Assembly (NCBI GenBank): GCA_963693365.1
Contig: CAVNZM010000014.1
Location: 2,666,001 to 2,730,000, forward strand
Length of the DNA stretch: 64,000 nucleotides
Origin: Amoebidium appalachense
Lineage: Eukaryota > Protista > Ichthyosporea
Direction of reading: 5' to 3'
Position 1 is the stretch's first letter. Every line of letters starts with the position of its first letter. Of the stretch, positions 10,910-44,034 are shown one piece after another. A program made the translations under genes and the position numbers. The notes beneath the pieces were generated by a model that searched no databases, was not told where the DNA came from, and worked only from the letters and a program-made list of their open reading frames with translations.

Positions 10910-12141
10910 TGTGTGTGTGACAGGCGTGTGTATCACATCAGTGGGTTGCTTGTTGTGTGTGTATGGTCACCGTACGTGCGCAAGCCACTACTACCTGTGC
11001 GTGTGTACTACATGTAGTCCGAAGCAGTATGAAACAGTGGCCTCAGTGATGCATATGAGGCTTCGAGGGGGAACCTACTGATTAGGCCTCGTCATATCAG
11101 GTGCTATGCTGGTGACTCAGCTAAGGGCCCTAACAAACAGCAATACTTAAATTTAGGTAAGCTTACCCAGCCCACTCTAACACGTACTGACGTGTTGCCG
11201 CACGTGCGACGTTTAACATCTACTCAGGTGGCAAGTAAAAAAAAAAAATAAAAAAAAAAAGAAAGGAGACACCGCCTCAGTAGGTGGTAGCAGCCCACTA
11301 CGATTCTATCTTCTGTGCCCACGATCGATATTCGTGAGAATTTGGTAGATTCCCGGGTGTCATAGAAACCACGTGGCACCGGCCGCAGGCTGCCACTGGC
11401 CCATGATACGCCCAGGCCTTGAACTCCCGCGGCCGGGAAGCCTACAATCATGGGCTGATAGGCAGCTGTATATGGCATGCGCATGAGGCCGCGAGGGCTA
11501 TAGCCTATTATGATAGTAGCGTGCTAGCCACAGGGTTCAGGCTGATGAGCCGCAGAGCCGCGCGCGCGCGCGGCGTATTGTAGATACCTTGGAATCCGAG
11601 GTCAGATCGCGGAATAACTTGATTGGCTTTTTCATCCGCCATCTAACCAATCACGAGGCCGATAGTTTTTTTATTGCAGGCGCCAAGAATGTTTTTTTTT
11701 CTTTTGACTCGGGTTTTTGAAGAAACCGCGTCAAAAGACAGCTCTGCATTGCATAAATCGATTTAAGTGTCTGTTTTACGGGTTCTATAAAACCCTTGCT
11801 AATGTATTATAAGCATTAATTTAAAATAAAGCTACAAACACGTGACGTATTTATGCGTATTAGCGGTCTTTGCATTACACTAGAAGACATTCCTAAGGTT
11901 CTTCCTATACTCTGTAAATTTTCCTTTGAATTCTGACTACAATTGTTTTTTTCTTTTTTCTTTTTTTACTAGAAATGTGATGATTGCAGTGTTTGCAACC
12001 AAGAAAACAACATAATACGCTAGGCCGCATGGTTTTAAATTTATAATATCTGGAACAAAAGAAGTATTAAAACTGTTGAGTCTGTTTTTTTTTTTTAAAA
12101 CGTCCCATTCAAGAAAACTTTCCATATTTTGTGGTAACAGT

Positions 12142-12413
12142 TAGTCACTTTTAGTCTGTCTCCCTGCGGCCCGGCTCAACTTGCCTTGTATGTTGCCGCA
12201 GGCATAGCACAAGTAAGGGTGTCTGATTGCGCAAACAAATTTAAATCTACTGCAGATGGTTTTTAACGCCGTGTTCCTATTGTTCAACAACAAAACTTTA
12301 ATAAAGCGTTCCGATTGCCCATCAGAATTACATAGACCCAGCTGGAGACGGCCCGCGGCGTAGTAGTGCTCAGCCACTTACGTAAGCCAGTGGGGACATA
12401 GCCTTGGAGACTA
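12142..12413. mobile_element. Non-autonomous DNA transposon with TAG...CTA ends and a 9-bp TSD (AcademH-like), copy 1
   Basis: Termini TAGTC...GACTA; flanks GGTAACAGT and GGTGACAGT (one mismatch); homologous to 48595-48950. Confidence 0.75.
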
Positions 12414-12976
12414 GGTGACAGTGCAAGTTTACAGTGGATATGATTCTCTGGTTTGCGCAGTCTAGGGGATGTACATGTCACGCCCTGCGCACTGGGGGCG
12501 AGCCCCAACATTTATTGCGATGGTCCATTGAGGCTCTTATGGAAACCCGTAAATAGTATCCTAAATATAGGCAGCACGTTTCCAAACAATTTTCTATAAT
12601 CCACTGCTAAATAATTTATTAAGCTGTTTTCTGAGTTATATAGCGAAACTGGGGCAGTATTGTGGCAAAACGTTTTCCTATCATAACCACAGGTACATAC
12701 CTGCGTACATATGCAATTGATGTCGGTCAATTCATCCATTGGATAATTAAACAACCAATAGTTTCTATTTAGTCTGCTTCCTGCCATTCCAGCGTTTTCG
12801 ATTGGCTTCGAGGCATAAACTCTTTGAAACGGCTTTGCTACGAAGCCGCACGCGCTGCGCTTAGCCCAAGCTCCAAGAGCGACTACAAAAGGGAACACTA
12901 TGATTCTGTTGTGACCACAGAAAACATAATCATCAGCGCCATTGGCCAACAGAGAAACATACCACACACACACACC

Positions 12977-15900
12977 ATGAGGACGGCGTTTCTCCTTTGG
13001 ACACTCCTTGCGAGTGTCTGTGGGGCCGACAAAAAAGTAACTGAAGTTACGACGACACTTCCAACAACAACAACGTTAACGACATCAACCACAACAACAA
13101 CACTGGCATCCACCACCACCACCACCACTATTAAGTCTGCCACCATCACCACCACAACCACAACCACAACAAACCCCTCCCCCTCCTCCTTCCCGACCAC
13201 CACATCATCAATTGCAACCACCACCACCACCACACCTCCAAAGCCCACCACCACCGTTTCTACGACCACACCCACTCTTACACCCACTACAACCACGACA
13301 ACGACCACAACCACCACCACATCTGTAGTAGCACCGACTACATCATTATCGGGAACACTAGCAGACTCAGCCACCAGCAACATGGACGGGTGCCCCATTG
13401 GCGAGGTTGAGTGGAGAGTTGACCTTTCTCTACACCAGCAAAACACAACTACAAACACCACCGTTTTTTGCTGGGACGTCTACTATGTTCGCGACCGCAC
13501 CCCTCCTAGCAGCCCTGAATGCGTTATTGGAGGAAAAAATCCATGGGGCCAGTCCATATCACACGTTGATCTCAACACGTGCTTGCAGTCGAATGGAGTC
13601 ACTGACCCTAGTGTTACTGTTTGGTCACCAAAGCCAAATTCTGAAGGGAAGGACGGAACACTTCCTTTTCAGGGGGCTAAATGGGAAGGAGTTCCTCCTA
13701 TCCCCGCTTCTAATGCTGCCACAACCACACACCAATACATCTGCCTCAAAACAAAGGGTTTGCTTGGTGTTAAAACCACTGGGCTTCAGTACCTTGTCAA
13801 GGGCTCTACACGGTATGCTATTGCATCAACTTTTGGACCTGCATGCAACACACCCGGAACAAACCCTTCTAGTACTACCACTTCTTCCTTGTCGCCGACA
13901 ACAACAACTACTACAACAATTGCACCACCCGAAGTGACCACCACCACTAAAACAAGAGCAACAACCACCACTACCGCTAGTGCACCTACCACCACCACCA
14001 CAACTACCGTAGCTCGCACCACCACCACCACCACATCAACCACCACCACCACCACCACCACCACTACGTCAACAACTACGCCTACCACATCCACCACGAC
14101 AACTACACCTACCACCACCACTACATCAGAACCAACCACTACAACTATTGTTGCTCCCCCCGATGCATCTACAACAACAACAACTGTGACCACTACCACC
14201 ACCACCACCACCACCACGTCAACAAATACACCTACCATCACCTCGACAACGCCTACCACCACCACCACCACCACCACCCCAACCACCACCACGACAACTA
14301 CACCTACTACCACCACCACTTCAACAACAATGCGTACCACCATCACCACCACATCCCCACCAACCACCACAACTGTTGTTGCTCCCCCCGATGCATCTAC
14401 AACAACATCTGCAACCACCTCCACCACTACGGCCACCACCACCACCACGACCATCACGACAACTACACCTACCACCACCACCACAACCACCACAACAACA
14501 ACAACAGTAACATCGACCACTACGCCAACCACCACCACTACATCAGAAGCAACCACTACAACGGTTGTTGCTCCCCCCGATGAATCTACAACAACATCTG
14601 CGACCACCTCCACCACTACCACCACCACCAGTGCCACCACCACCACGACAACTACACCTACAACCACCACCACCACAACACCGCCAACAACTACACCAAC
14701 TACCACCACCACCACCACCTCAACTACGCCTACCACCACCACCACCACTACCATGACCACAACCACCACCACCACCACAACAACAACAATATCGACCACT
14801 ACACCAACCACCACCACCACTACATCAGGAGCAACCACTACAACGGTTGTTGCTCCCTCCGATGAATCTACAACAACAACTTCTGTGACCACCACCACCA
14901 CGACAACTACACCTACCACCACCACTACGTCGCCACCAACTACAACATCTGCAATTGCTCCACCCGATGCATCTACTACAACAACTGGGACCACTACTAC
15001 CACCACCACCTCAACCGAGGCGCCTATCACCACCACTACCACTACCACTACGTCGACAACTACACCAACGTTAAGCACCACCACCACATCAGAACCAACC
15101 ACTACAACAGTTGTTGCCCCCGATGCATCTACAACCACACCTGTGACCACCACCACCACTACCACCACCACCACGACGACCACCGCGACAACTACACCTA
15201 CCACCATCACCACCACCACCATTTTGACGTCAACAACTACACCAATCACCACCACCACCACCACAACAACAACAACAGCAACAAGGTCGACCACTACACC
15301 TACCATCACCACTACATCAGAAGCAACCACTACAACGGTTATTGCTCCCCCCGACGCATCTACAACCACACCTGTGACCACCACCACCACCACCACCACC
15401 ACGACCACGTCGACAACTGCACCTACCACAACCACCACATCACCCCCAGCCACTACAACCTTTGTTGCTCCCCCCTTTGCATCCACCGCTATTCCCGACC
15501 AAACTACTTCCAATTCACTCACATCCACCCCATCTACCGCCACTACCACCACCACCTCCGCAACAACACAACCCATTCCCACTTTCACCACGACCACCAT
15601 CGCCAACGATATTATCACTCCCACCATCCAAACCACCACCGCCGCCGCCACCACCACCGCCGCCGCCGCCGTCACCACCACCACCACCACTTCCGTTATC
15701 AACGACATCTCGGCAACGTCAACAATGCCCACAGTTATAAGACCCACAACAACCACCACCACCACCCCCACCACCACCACCAGCACTGCTACCATCACAC
15801 CAGACAACATCATCACCGATAATGCTCCTGATCAATCCATCACTCTCCTACCAAAACCCACCACAAACCCTCTCCCTACAACAACAACAACAACAACAAC

Positions 15901-16333
15901 ACATTACATCACCACGACCACCACCACCACTACCGCCACCACAACGGTATCCTCCATGATTCCCAACGAAGAAGTGAGCAAGAGCATTCCGGAGGATTCC
16001 ATCACTCTTACTCCCCGCCCGTCCCAAGCCACCACCGCTGTCCAATCGGAAACGGCGATTTACCCTGAGCAGTCGGCGGTTTACGAAAACTGGGAAGAAC
16101 ACGTGGATGAGCTTTTTTCTCGAACACGGCGCTCCAGTGGCTCCAGCGGTAAGAACACCGTGCTCTCGGTCCCAACTTCCGAATATGGAAGTGATGACGT
16201 ATCGCTGACCAATGGGTGCTTTTGGTTGGTTGCCGGCGGAATTGGTATGATGGGTATGGTTATGATGTTCGTTGCTGTGGCTGCTGTCAGAAGGGATAGT
16301 CGTAATTACGCACGGGATATCTCGTTGGTTTAG
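12977..16333 (+). CDS. Intronless Thr-rich mucin-like type I membrane glycoprotein (1118 aa from the second Met)
   Basis: Signal peptide MRTAFLLWTLLASVCGA. A Cys-containing globular region (~13388-13846) is followed by a long Thr stalk with recurrent TTVVAPPD(A/E)STT units, an RTRR furin-like site, a C-terminal hydrophobic helix (FWLVAGGIGMMGMVMMFVAVAAV) and a short basic tail. Confidence 0.9.
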   Translation: MRTAFLLWTLLASVCGADKKVTEVTTTLPTTTTLTTSTTTTTLASTTTTTTIKSATITTTTTTTTNPSPSSFPTTTSSIATTTTTTPPKPTTTVSTTTPTLTPTTTTTTTTTTTTSVVAPTTSLSGTLADSATSNMDGCPIGEVEWRVDLSLHQQNTTTNTTVFCWDVYYVRDRTPPSSPECVIGGKNPWGQSISHVDLNTCLQSNGVTDPSVTVWSPKPNSEGKDGTLPFQGAKWEGVPPIPASNAATTTHQYICLKTKGLLGVKTTGLQYLVKGSTRYAIASTFGPACNTPGTNPSSTTTSSLSPTTTTTTTIAPPEVTTTTKTRATTTTTASAPTTTTTTTVARTTTTTTSTTTTTTTTTTSTTTPTTSTTTTTPTTTTTSEPTTTTIVAPPDASTTTTTVTTTTTTTTTTSTNTPTITSTTPTTTTTTTTPTTTTTTTPTTTTTSTTMRTTITTTSPPTTTTVVAPPDASTTTSATTSTTTATTTTTTITTTTPTTTTTTTTTTTTVTSTTTPTTTTTSEATTTTVVAPPDESTTTSATTSTTTTTTSATTTTTTTPTTTTTTTPPTTTPTTTTTTTSTTPTTTTTTTMTTTTTTTTTTTISTTTPTTTTTTSGATTTTVVAPSDESTTTTSVTTTTTTTTPTTTTTSPPTTTSAIAPPDASTTTTGTTTTTTTSTEAPITTTTTTTTSTTTPTLSTTTTSEPTTTTVVAPDASTTTPVTTTTTTTTTTTTTATTTPTTITTTTILTSTTTPITTTTTTTTTTATRSTTTPTITTTSEATTTTVIAPPDASTTTPVTTTTTTTTTTTSTTAPTTTTTSPPATTTFVAPPFASTAIPDQTTSNSLTSTPSTATTTTTSATTQPIPTFTTTTIANDIITPTIQTTTAAATTTAAAAVTTTTTTSVINDISATSTMPTVIRPTTTTTTTPTTTTSTATITPDNIITDNAPDQSITLLPKPTTNPLPTTTTTTTTHYITTTTTTTTATTTVSSMIPNEEVSKSIPEDSITLTPRPSQATTAVQSETAIYPEQSAVYENWEEHVDELFSRTRRSSGSSGKNTVLSVPTSEYGSDDVSLTNGCFWLVAGGIGMMGMVMMFVAVAAVRRDSRNYARDISLV

Positions 16334-16603
16334 ATTAAGATGTATATTTTTTTCCGAATATCCTGCAGCTGTAATTCTTGCTCTATTATGTGCGGGAATT
16401 TTTTTTAAAGCGAAAGAAAAGCGAATACTTCAATAGTATGAAAACAAATGAAAAAATGCAGGCGTCATACTGTGTGTGGTCTTTTAAAGTCCTGCTATAT
16501 CCCAGCTATTTTTAAAAATAAGATTTGCCCACGGTTACCCTGGTGGAACCATTAATTAATTAGTAATAAAATCAATATCAAGCCAAAAAGGGGTTGTGTG
16601 TGT

Positions 16604-16634
<31 letters not shown>

Positions 16635-17461
16635 GGGGGTAAAAATCACTATGCACGTTGTTCGTGATGTAAAGCTGCACTCGTTTACATTGTCAACCTG
16701 GGGATTAATATACCCCGAAGCAAAACAAATCTAAAGCTATGATCTCCCCCCCCCCCCCCCCCCCCCCCCCCTTTCATTTTCCCGCGGGCCTCACAAACAC
16801 ACACATGTACACACATGACCAGCACCTCCAACCACCACTGCAGCCACTTAACCACCAGGTTCTGCTCGAGGCCGGCATTTATTGCTTCTCTCCGCACATA
16901 CATTAAAAATCGTGGCAATCGAGTTTATTGCACGCATGTAGGGCGAACATTTATTCAATCTGATCAGTTTTAACCTTGCACGTGTTGTGTCTGTGTCTCT
17001 ATGTGTGCGGTTCTGTCCAAGTAACAATATTATGTGTGTTTGTCGAGTATGCACTTGTGTCCGCGAATATGTGTTGTGCATGTGTGCATACGTGCGTTGC
17101 CAAGTTGAGGGGGGAAGGGGGGGGGAGGGGGGGGGGAGAGAGAGAGAGGGGGGGGGGGGAGGGGGGAGTGGGGGGAGTCACCTGAGATGTATGGATGCAG
17201 TTGTTCCCTGCTGTATCTTTTCTTGTGTGCACGTGAGTGTGTGTCTGCAACATGCATATAGATGACCAAGTGGATTTTGCTTGCACATAGCCACGAAACT
17301 TAGTGTGTACGTATGTATGAGACCTGGGACCCCGTGTGTGTGGGAGTGAGAGCTTATGCTTCCTAACACCATATCATGCTTGTTACTCGTGCAGAACGAA
17401 TGTGTGACTTTGTGCATGTGTGCATGCATGTCTCTAAACTCGCGTGTGCCGACGTGTGTAC

Positions 17462-17529
<68 letters not shown>

Positions 17530-17929
17530 TTGTGTGTGTGTGTGTTTCAGTGCTTCGTGTAGGCTTTAAATCAGTTAGGATCCCCGTGGTGGCCCACACC
17601 TGTTTTCCCCATTGTGAATCAGTCCAACCCATGTCATGCAAAACGATCCATTTACTTCATGTTTACAGCGCATTGTACGGTTTAAGGTTGGAGGAGGGTT
17701 CGATTCTGTTTTTGAACCTTTGGGGTAGGGTCCAAATTGTTTGGGATTTGCCAAAAAAACTTTGGGAAAATCCTGGGCGTGCACACAAACGGTCATGATC
17801 ACGGCCCTCCTCCGGGCCCCTACCCCATCTAGATCTTCCCCCCCGGCCGTGTCGACCCACTGTGGCACCCAGGTGGCCTCACGGCCCGCAAACTCCCCCC
17901 TCACCCTTCCGGCCTCTCCCCTCAACAAC

Positions 17930-17964
<35 letters not shown>

Positions 17965-19230
17965 CGCGGGCCCCTGGCGCGCCGGGTCCCCCCCTCGGGC
18001 CATGCTGGCCCGGTGTGATGGGCACCAATATTCACCCACCTGCACATGTACAGTCCACTTTACCCACTCGAATCCCCCTCCCCCCCCCCCCCCCCCCCTT
18101 TCCCCCCCTACCCCCCCTTCACCGCCCCCCCTCCCCCCCCCCCCCAATCCCCGGAGATTCCAAGGAATCCGGAAAAAAAAAAAGTATGGGAAATTCCTAT
18201 ACTTTTTTTTTGGGAATTTCGATCCCTGGGTGCAATTGGAGAAATAGCTGGTTTGAGTGCACACACTACACGGGCGGGACGGGTAGAATTGTGAATGGGG
18301 ATCTGCCAATAGGAGCACACATTGCCTACATAACCCAACCTTCTATTAACAAGGAAGCAGGCGGGCGAATAGGAGGACGGAAGGAAGTTGGGGCGGGGCC
18401 CTCGGGGGGAGGGGGGGGGGGGGCTCATTGGTTGGTGGATGTTTCGTTACCAAAACCCCCACATCTGGGTTGGTAGTGCTAACATATACGTCCATTATTT
18501 TAGCCTGCTCGAAGAATATTTTTATTTCACTTTATTGACGAGGAACAACTGTCGTGCGCTTCCCCACAGACCTATCACTACACTCACTTTCGGCGAGACT
18601 ATCACTATTTTATATCCAGATCATATCTAGTATATCTAACAACAAAAATTCACACTGGACGTACGTCCACACTATGTTATAGTTTAATCTTCAATATGCA
18701 AAACATCAAAGAATCGCTAACACAAAACAAGAGAGTTTTGCTAATGACGAACGCACGGAAATTATTAAAACACCAGAGAAGCAAATGGGAGGGAATGTTA
18801 TAGGTGAAAAGCCCCTGCTAGGAAACAAGAACTTAGGCATATGTGACACTATACCATCTCAATCAAGTCTGATATGTGCTGACCCACTTGCATTTCCATA
18901 CCATGTACACCACCAAAAATTACCGGAAACCCAATTTAACCATATATGGGAATCTACCACACTTATGAGAGACTAGAAAGGAAACAAACATGCACAACAC
19001 CATCGCTCAAACCAAAGAGTGCACATTCCGTTACCCATCACGCCAACAACAACTATATATGGAAATGGAATGCTGTCTACTTGTTCTCTTTATAACCGGG
19101 TTGATACCAAACCCATGCCAGAAACAACATCACCCATTCACATGAACTTCCGAACCCACCAAAGACAAATACATTGAAAAGGCACGTGCACCAGCCAGAT
19201 AGAGACTCAGAGGGAAGCGGGAAAGGAGGA

Positions 19231-19261
<31 letters not shown>

Positions 19262-19281
19262 AGGGGGGGGGAGTCTTCGTC

Positions 19282-38731
<19,450 letters not shown>

Positions 38732-38857
38732 GTTAGTAATTTAAACAGACATCAGAAAGAGACGGGATAACTATTCATGTGTGTGGTGATCTTGCATGGT
38801 AGTACGCGTTCCCGCCCAGGGGGAGGGAGGGGGAGAGGGGGGGGGGTGGGGGGGGAT

Positions 38858-38892
<35 letters not shown>

Positions 38893-40618
38893 CTGGAGCA
38901 CACAGGGGGCAACCGTGTGTTATGGCCGGCTTCACGGGTTGGGATAGGAGTGAAGGGTGGAAAGCGGCCAGCTTCGTGCCCAAGAAAGAATGGTCATATA
39001 ATTTTGGGACAATGTCGCATGTTGAAGAGTTTGTGTGCTGTGTACACATGCATACAATGCAATCTTGTGGCAGAATCAATATGTGATTGAGTACGGTACC
39101 TGTGCTTTAGGAGTGAAATAAGTACACATTTATAGAGCAAAAGCTCCAAATATGATAAAACACTGCTATAACAAAATGAATAAGATTCCCGATCTGCAGC
39201 TCCTCAGCTTCACAACATTAAAACAAATCAGGACTCCACGCATCTTCTCTCTGTAAAAAGGTGATGTATGAGTAAGCCAATCAATCAATGCCCGTGACCT
39301 CAGTAGCATAGTGAGAACTAAACAAAAGCCACCACTCACGGCTGTGCAATACGTACATGGTTACGGAACGGCTCCCTTTTCTCTGAGATGCTGTGTGCGT
39401 ATCTTCTACCCCTTCTTATTCTTGGTGACAATTATTATATGCCTTTGAAAGAAATAACTTGTAAACAACGTTGAAGAAGCACGCTTCTAAACTCTGAGAA
39501 AATATGACCTTCATAAAGGAAGAAATGCGATTGTACCTCAGTTTTTGTGCACAAGCACAGCCGTTGATCAAGAAGATCTACTCGGTCGAGATCTGCCAAG
39601 AAAGAGTGTAAAATGAGTCGATAAAGCAACAGTTTGATTTGATACTAGAACAGAGCAAAAATATTGCAAGTGTACAAAATAAAAACATTAATATGTAATT
39701 GCAGACAAAAAATGCATATTTCAAAGAAATTAGTCACTTTTGCTTCCCCTGGCTGTGTTGCCTACATGTGAAGTTTGACCTTCGCGATGGTAATTTACAT
39801 CGCTCTGTGAGCCCATGCCAAGAAGAGCAGCCAATCATAAACTACTTGAGGAATACAAAAAAGGAAACATTTGTCCTTATTTAGGTCAACAACAAACATG
39901 CTATTGGGTCATTTTGCACCACGGAGTTTTTAGTAACCAATAGTAATTCACAACAGGGTGCTAGATGGGCGAATGAAATCTGAAGACCTTGAGACAGGCA
40001 CCAACTGGTCTTCGTGTGCCAAGTCAACTGACCAGCAAAAACAAGAACGTCACTAACAAAAAAAACACTTGTGACACACAATCTTGTTTACTTCCATATA
40101 TGTTTCAACCCGTGCGCATAGTTTGTAAAAAGCTTGCCACATGCGACTGTGGCCTCGGCCGCCGTATGATCAACTATACTCTGGCGAGAAAGGGACACTA
40201 TTTTTCAAGGGTATGAGTTGGCATGTGAGCAGTCGCTTCGGAAGGAAAGTTTTGTCGGCCTTGAAAAATAAGAGCTACCTCCAAAGGTAGCAGGTAACAA
40301 GCTTTCGGTCATTGTACATTTTTTTCTGGCGTGGAGCTACGTTATGCACATACTGTGCGTATATAATGGCATGCCATGATATTATAGGGGCTTATGCTGT
40401 CATAAGTATCCACGGTGTCACACCGTACCTACAAAACATCTGCTCACATACACCTACTAATTAGGCTACTACACACACTCTTGGGCACGCACGCACAAGC
40501 ACAGGCACACAAGCGTGCACGCACACACTCACACGTGCACGCATACACACGTATACAACCGCATACACGCATGCACAGTGACACGCATGCACGCAAACGC
40601 AACCACACGCACAACCGT

Positions 40619-40755
<137 letters not shown>

Positions 40756-40852
40756 GCACACACTGTTCTGCGGGTAAAGTTAACTACTCGCTCAAATTCA
40801 CGCGCAACACAACCACTGTGACATGTACATACGTACCATGACACACAACAAG

Positions 40853-41020
<168 letters not shown>

Positions 41021-41943
41021 CACACACAGCACACACAAGCGCTCATGATCACACATACATACACGCACACACCACTCTGGAAAATTAACCGACGCCATTA
41101 TGCCTTTGGCGACCAGGGATGCATCGATTTCTCAAAGCAAAGGGGCCTGAAGAAGGTACTAGGCAGATTAATATGTAATAGGCGATACTAGTACCGGAGG
41201 AGGGGGGGGGCCGGGGGGGGCACAGTAACTGTTGTGTGCCCGTACGGTATGCCACACATGTGATCCTAATGACACGTGCATACATAAAATGTGTGTGCCT
41301 GTGCACGTGTCACGGTGCACTTGGACGTGTACATGTGTGTTATAATAATAATTGACGTCCGGGGGCCCGCCTGCAAATGTAATTTGAAATCCTGTACGTA
41401 CGTTTGGGGGGGAAAGAGGGGGGGGGGGGGGGGGGGGGGGGTTACCTATCTGTGGTGCCCGGCCTCTTCATGTGCACATGTTTGAATTCCCTCATATTAT
41501 AAAAACCAAACTTTAAGCTTGAATATATAACCACCTGCAGCAGCTTCAAATTTGAGAAAGACTCTACACCCAAAACAAACAGGTTGAATCACGTAATAAT
41601 CATTATTCAATAAACGGGGAACGGTTATGTTAACGTTCCAAAAGCTACGTCACTCTTCTCTTGGCAATTATGGTTCTCTTGGCAATTATGCATCCGATAC
41701 ATAATGTAGTTCAGTATGTTAACGTGGTTACCTCAAATAGACACATGCCAGAGCTCATGCTCGGCAAGAGAAGCTTAATAACTTAAGCTGCCATGATAAT
41801 CATTGATTATATTTCAACAATTCATTCAAACGGTGTCGTGTCGGGTCGGGCATCGTTCGAGATTATAATCAACACTTTCGTACAAGTAATACAGCAAAGA
41901 AGCTTGATGCATACATGCACGGTGCTGAAGCTTTTATGAAACC

Positions 41944-41990
<47 letters not shown>

Positions 41991-42364
41991 ACACACACAA
42001 CCACACCCACCGGTACCACCCCTCACCACCAACCCACCGGCGTGGCTGGGGTGAATACCCTGGGCTAAGTGTGTGCAAATAGTTAGGATTGCTTAAAGGT
42101 GTGTTAGCTTAGCTAATAATAATATGTAGCGGCCCTAGCTAGAGTACTGTCGGTGCTGGGTGGAAGACGGTAGTTCTCCCTGAGGGCCCAAGAGGATCAC
42201 CCCTCCGCGCCGGGAACAAAATTATGGGGAAAAAAAAGGGAAAAACAAAAAACAAAAACACCACCACCTGGTCCACCCTTCCAGGCCGCTCTAAGACTTC
42301 ACTCAGAGTAACCCTACAAGCACCGCACACACGACCTCCATGTGTTACCGCGGGTCACAGCACA

Positions 42365-42436
42365 CTGTTTACTCGAGGCACAGAGAGACCGGTCTCAGAT
42401 ACTGCATGGGGGTGTTTTGTTCGGTATATCCCCTCA
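42365..42436 (-). repeat. Diverged copy of the ~70-nt module at 2767-2835
   Basis: The reverse complement reads TGAGGGGATATACCGAACAAA...CTGAGACCGGTCTCTCTGTGCCTCGAGTAAACAG. Confidence 0.75.
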
Positions 42437-42924
42437 TACGTTGTTCACCGTCTTTTTACTTACAGCAGAAGCATTCGTCAACATTCACTCGAAAAGACGT
42501 GCACAAACTGGTACCTCTCCTAGCTAAAATTAAAAACAACACGCACCACGCCTACGGAAAAAAAAAATAAAAACACGGGAGCAACTGCTCTGGCTGACTG
42601 ACACATACAGAACAGATGCCGGGCGGTTTACTGTAACAGTGTTGATTAGCTGTTAGTATTATATACAAGTAGCTCTGTGCGCCGGCGACAGCCGGCGCCA
42701 AAACATAACGAGACAGTTATTGATGTTGGGTTGTGTAGTTGTTACCTCCCTCTCCCCTCCCCCCCCGGCCCCCCCCCCCCTCCCTCGCCTCACGCCTCCC
42801 CCCCCCCCCCCCCCCCTGGCCCCCCCGCCTCACGCTTCCTCCCCTCCCCTCCCCCCCCCCCCCCCCCCCCAAATGCTGCAGTTGCTGGATCTGCCAAATG
42901 TTATGACCCTTTTCCCTTTCATTT

Positions 42925-42956
<32 letters not shown>

Positions 42957-44034
42957 TTTCTTGCCACACTGTTGGCGGCGCGGGCCCGGACCCGGCCCGG
43001 CCCGCCGTTCTACACGCTGAACCCTTGTTAGCCCCAAAAAGTGACCTTTAGATCCATGCGCAGCTGCCTTATATAGTATGATCTAAAACTTTTGTCCAAT
43101 GAAAATCGTTATCGCTCCCAATTTGGAAAGTGACTTTCGGGCCAAAAAGCTACCTAATCGGATCGCTAAAACGGCTTGGGTCTCTGCACGGTATCATAGT
43201 ATACCCGTGACTACTGAACCGGCCCGTATGAAAGGGATAGATATACGCGGCAGCGTTTTGATTCCTTTGCCAACTTCATGTTGGAAGTAGAGTCCGCTGT
43301 GACTAGGGTCGTCGTGGCGCGCTTGGGCGCTGACCCGTTTTTTACTGCTTTCAGTGTGTTAACTCCATGACTGAACTCCATGACTTAACTCCATGTCTGC
43401 ACCTGGCAGAGACGTGGCTTATATACCCGTGGGGCAGCAGTCTGGAATGTAATCCGGATGCCAGGCGCTAATCGGATTGGTTACTTTCATTTAGAGATCT
43501 CTGGGACCAGTGAACCAATCGTTTGCAGTCAAAACACAATTGGCAACATTCCTCAACTATGCAGATGTGCATGTGGTGATCGAGTGTCAGCGTGTGTCTG
43601 TGTACACGGAACCAATTGTAAAGCTAACATACACATATTGTGGAGTGAGCGTAAGTCTGCACTCCAACACTTCATGCCGAGTGAAGGGAGTACTTGCTTG
43701 TGTACTTACCCCCCCCAAATGAAATTTTTTGTGTTTTTCAATTTAAAGGTTTGGGCATTTCAGGGGCTGAACATTAGCATATATATGAATGACAGTGTAT
43801 GCGCGCAGCGTGCATGCTTTGGTGTCATCGATTGCATGATCATGAACATATATCCGGTTTATTTTGTTGTCAAAAAAAAGCATAAGCTATCTCTAATATA
43901 TAGTAAGCTATGAAGCCCAAATACGGAACGACACCCCTCAAACAACAGTTCTTTCCATCAAAGAGCACCCCTATTTCTGGTGTTATCTCTGATCCACACC
44001 CGCGCCGCTATCTGCATGTGGAGCTTATGCCCCA

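Noticed and set aside
11535-11580. CTGATGAG hammerhead core
   Set aside because: No GAAA follows the candidate stem II.
13786-15816. 676-aa Val-rich minus-strand ORF
   Set aside because: Antisense shadow of the ACC/ACA Thr codons of the mucin gene.
17700-18245. GC-rich, coding-looking stretch
   Set aside because: Many short homopolymers look expanded, which suggests low-accuracy sequence, and no recognisable protein was found.
39200-40100. Possible additional upstream minus-strand SNX exons
   Set aside because: No phase-consistent, stop-free chain could be built; could be UTR.
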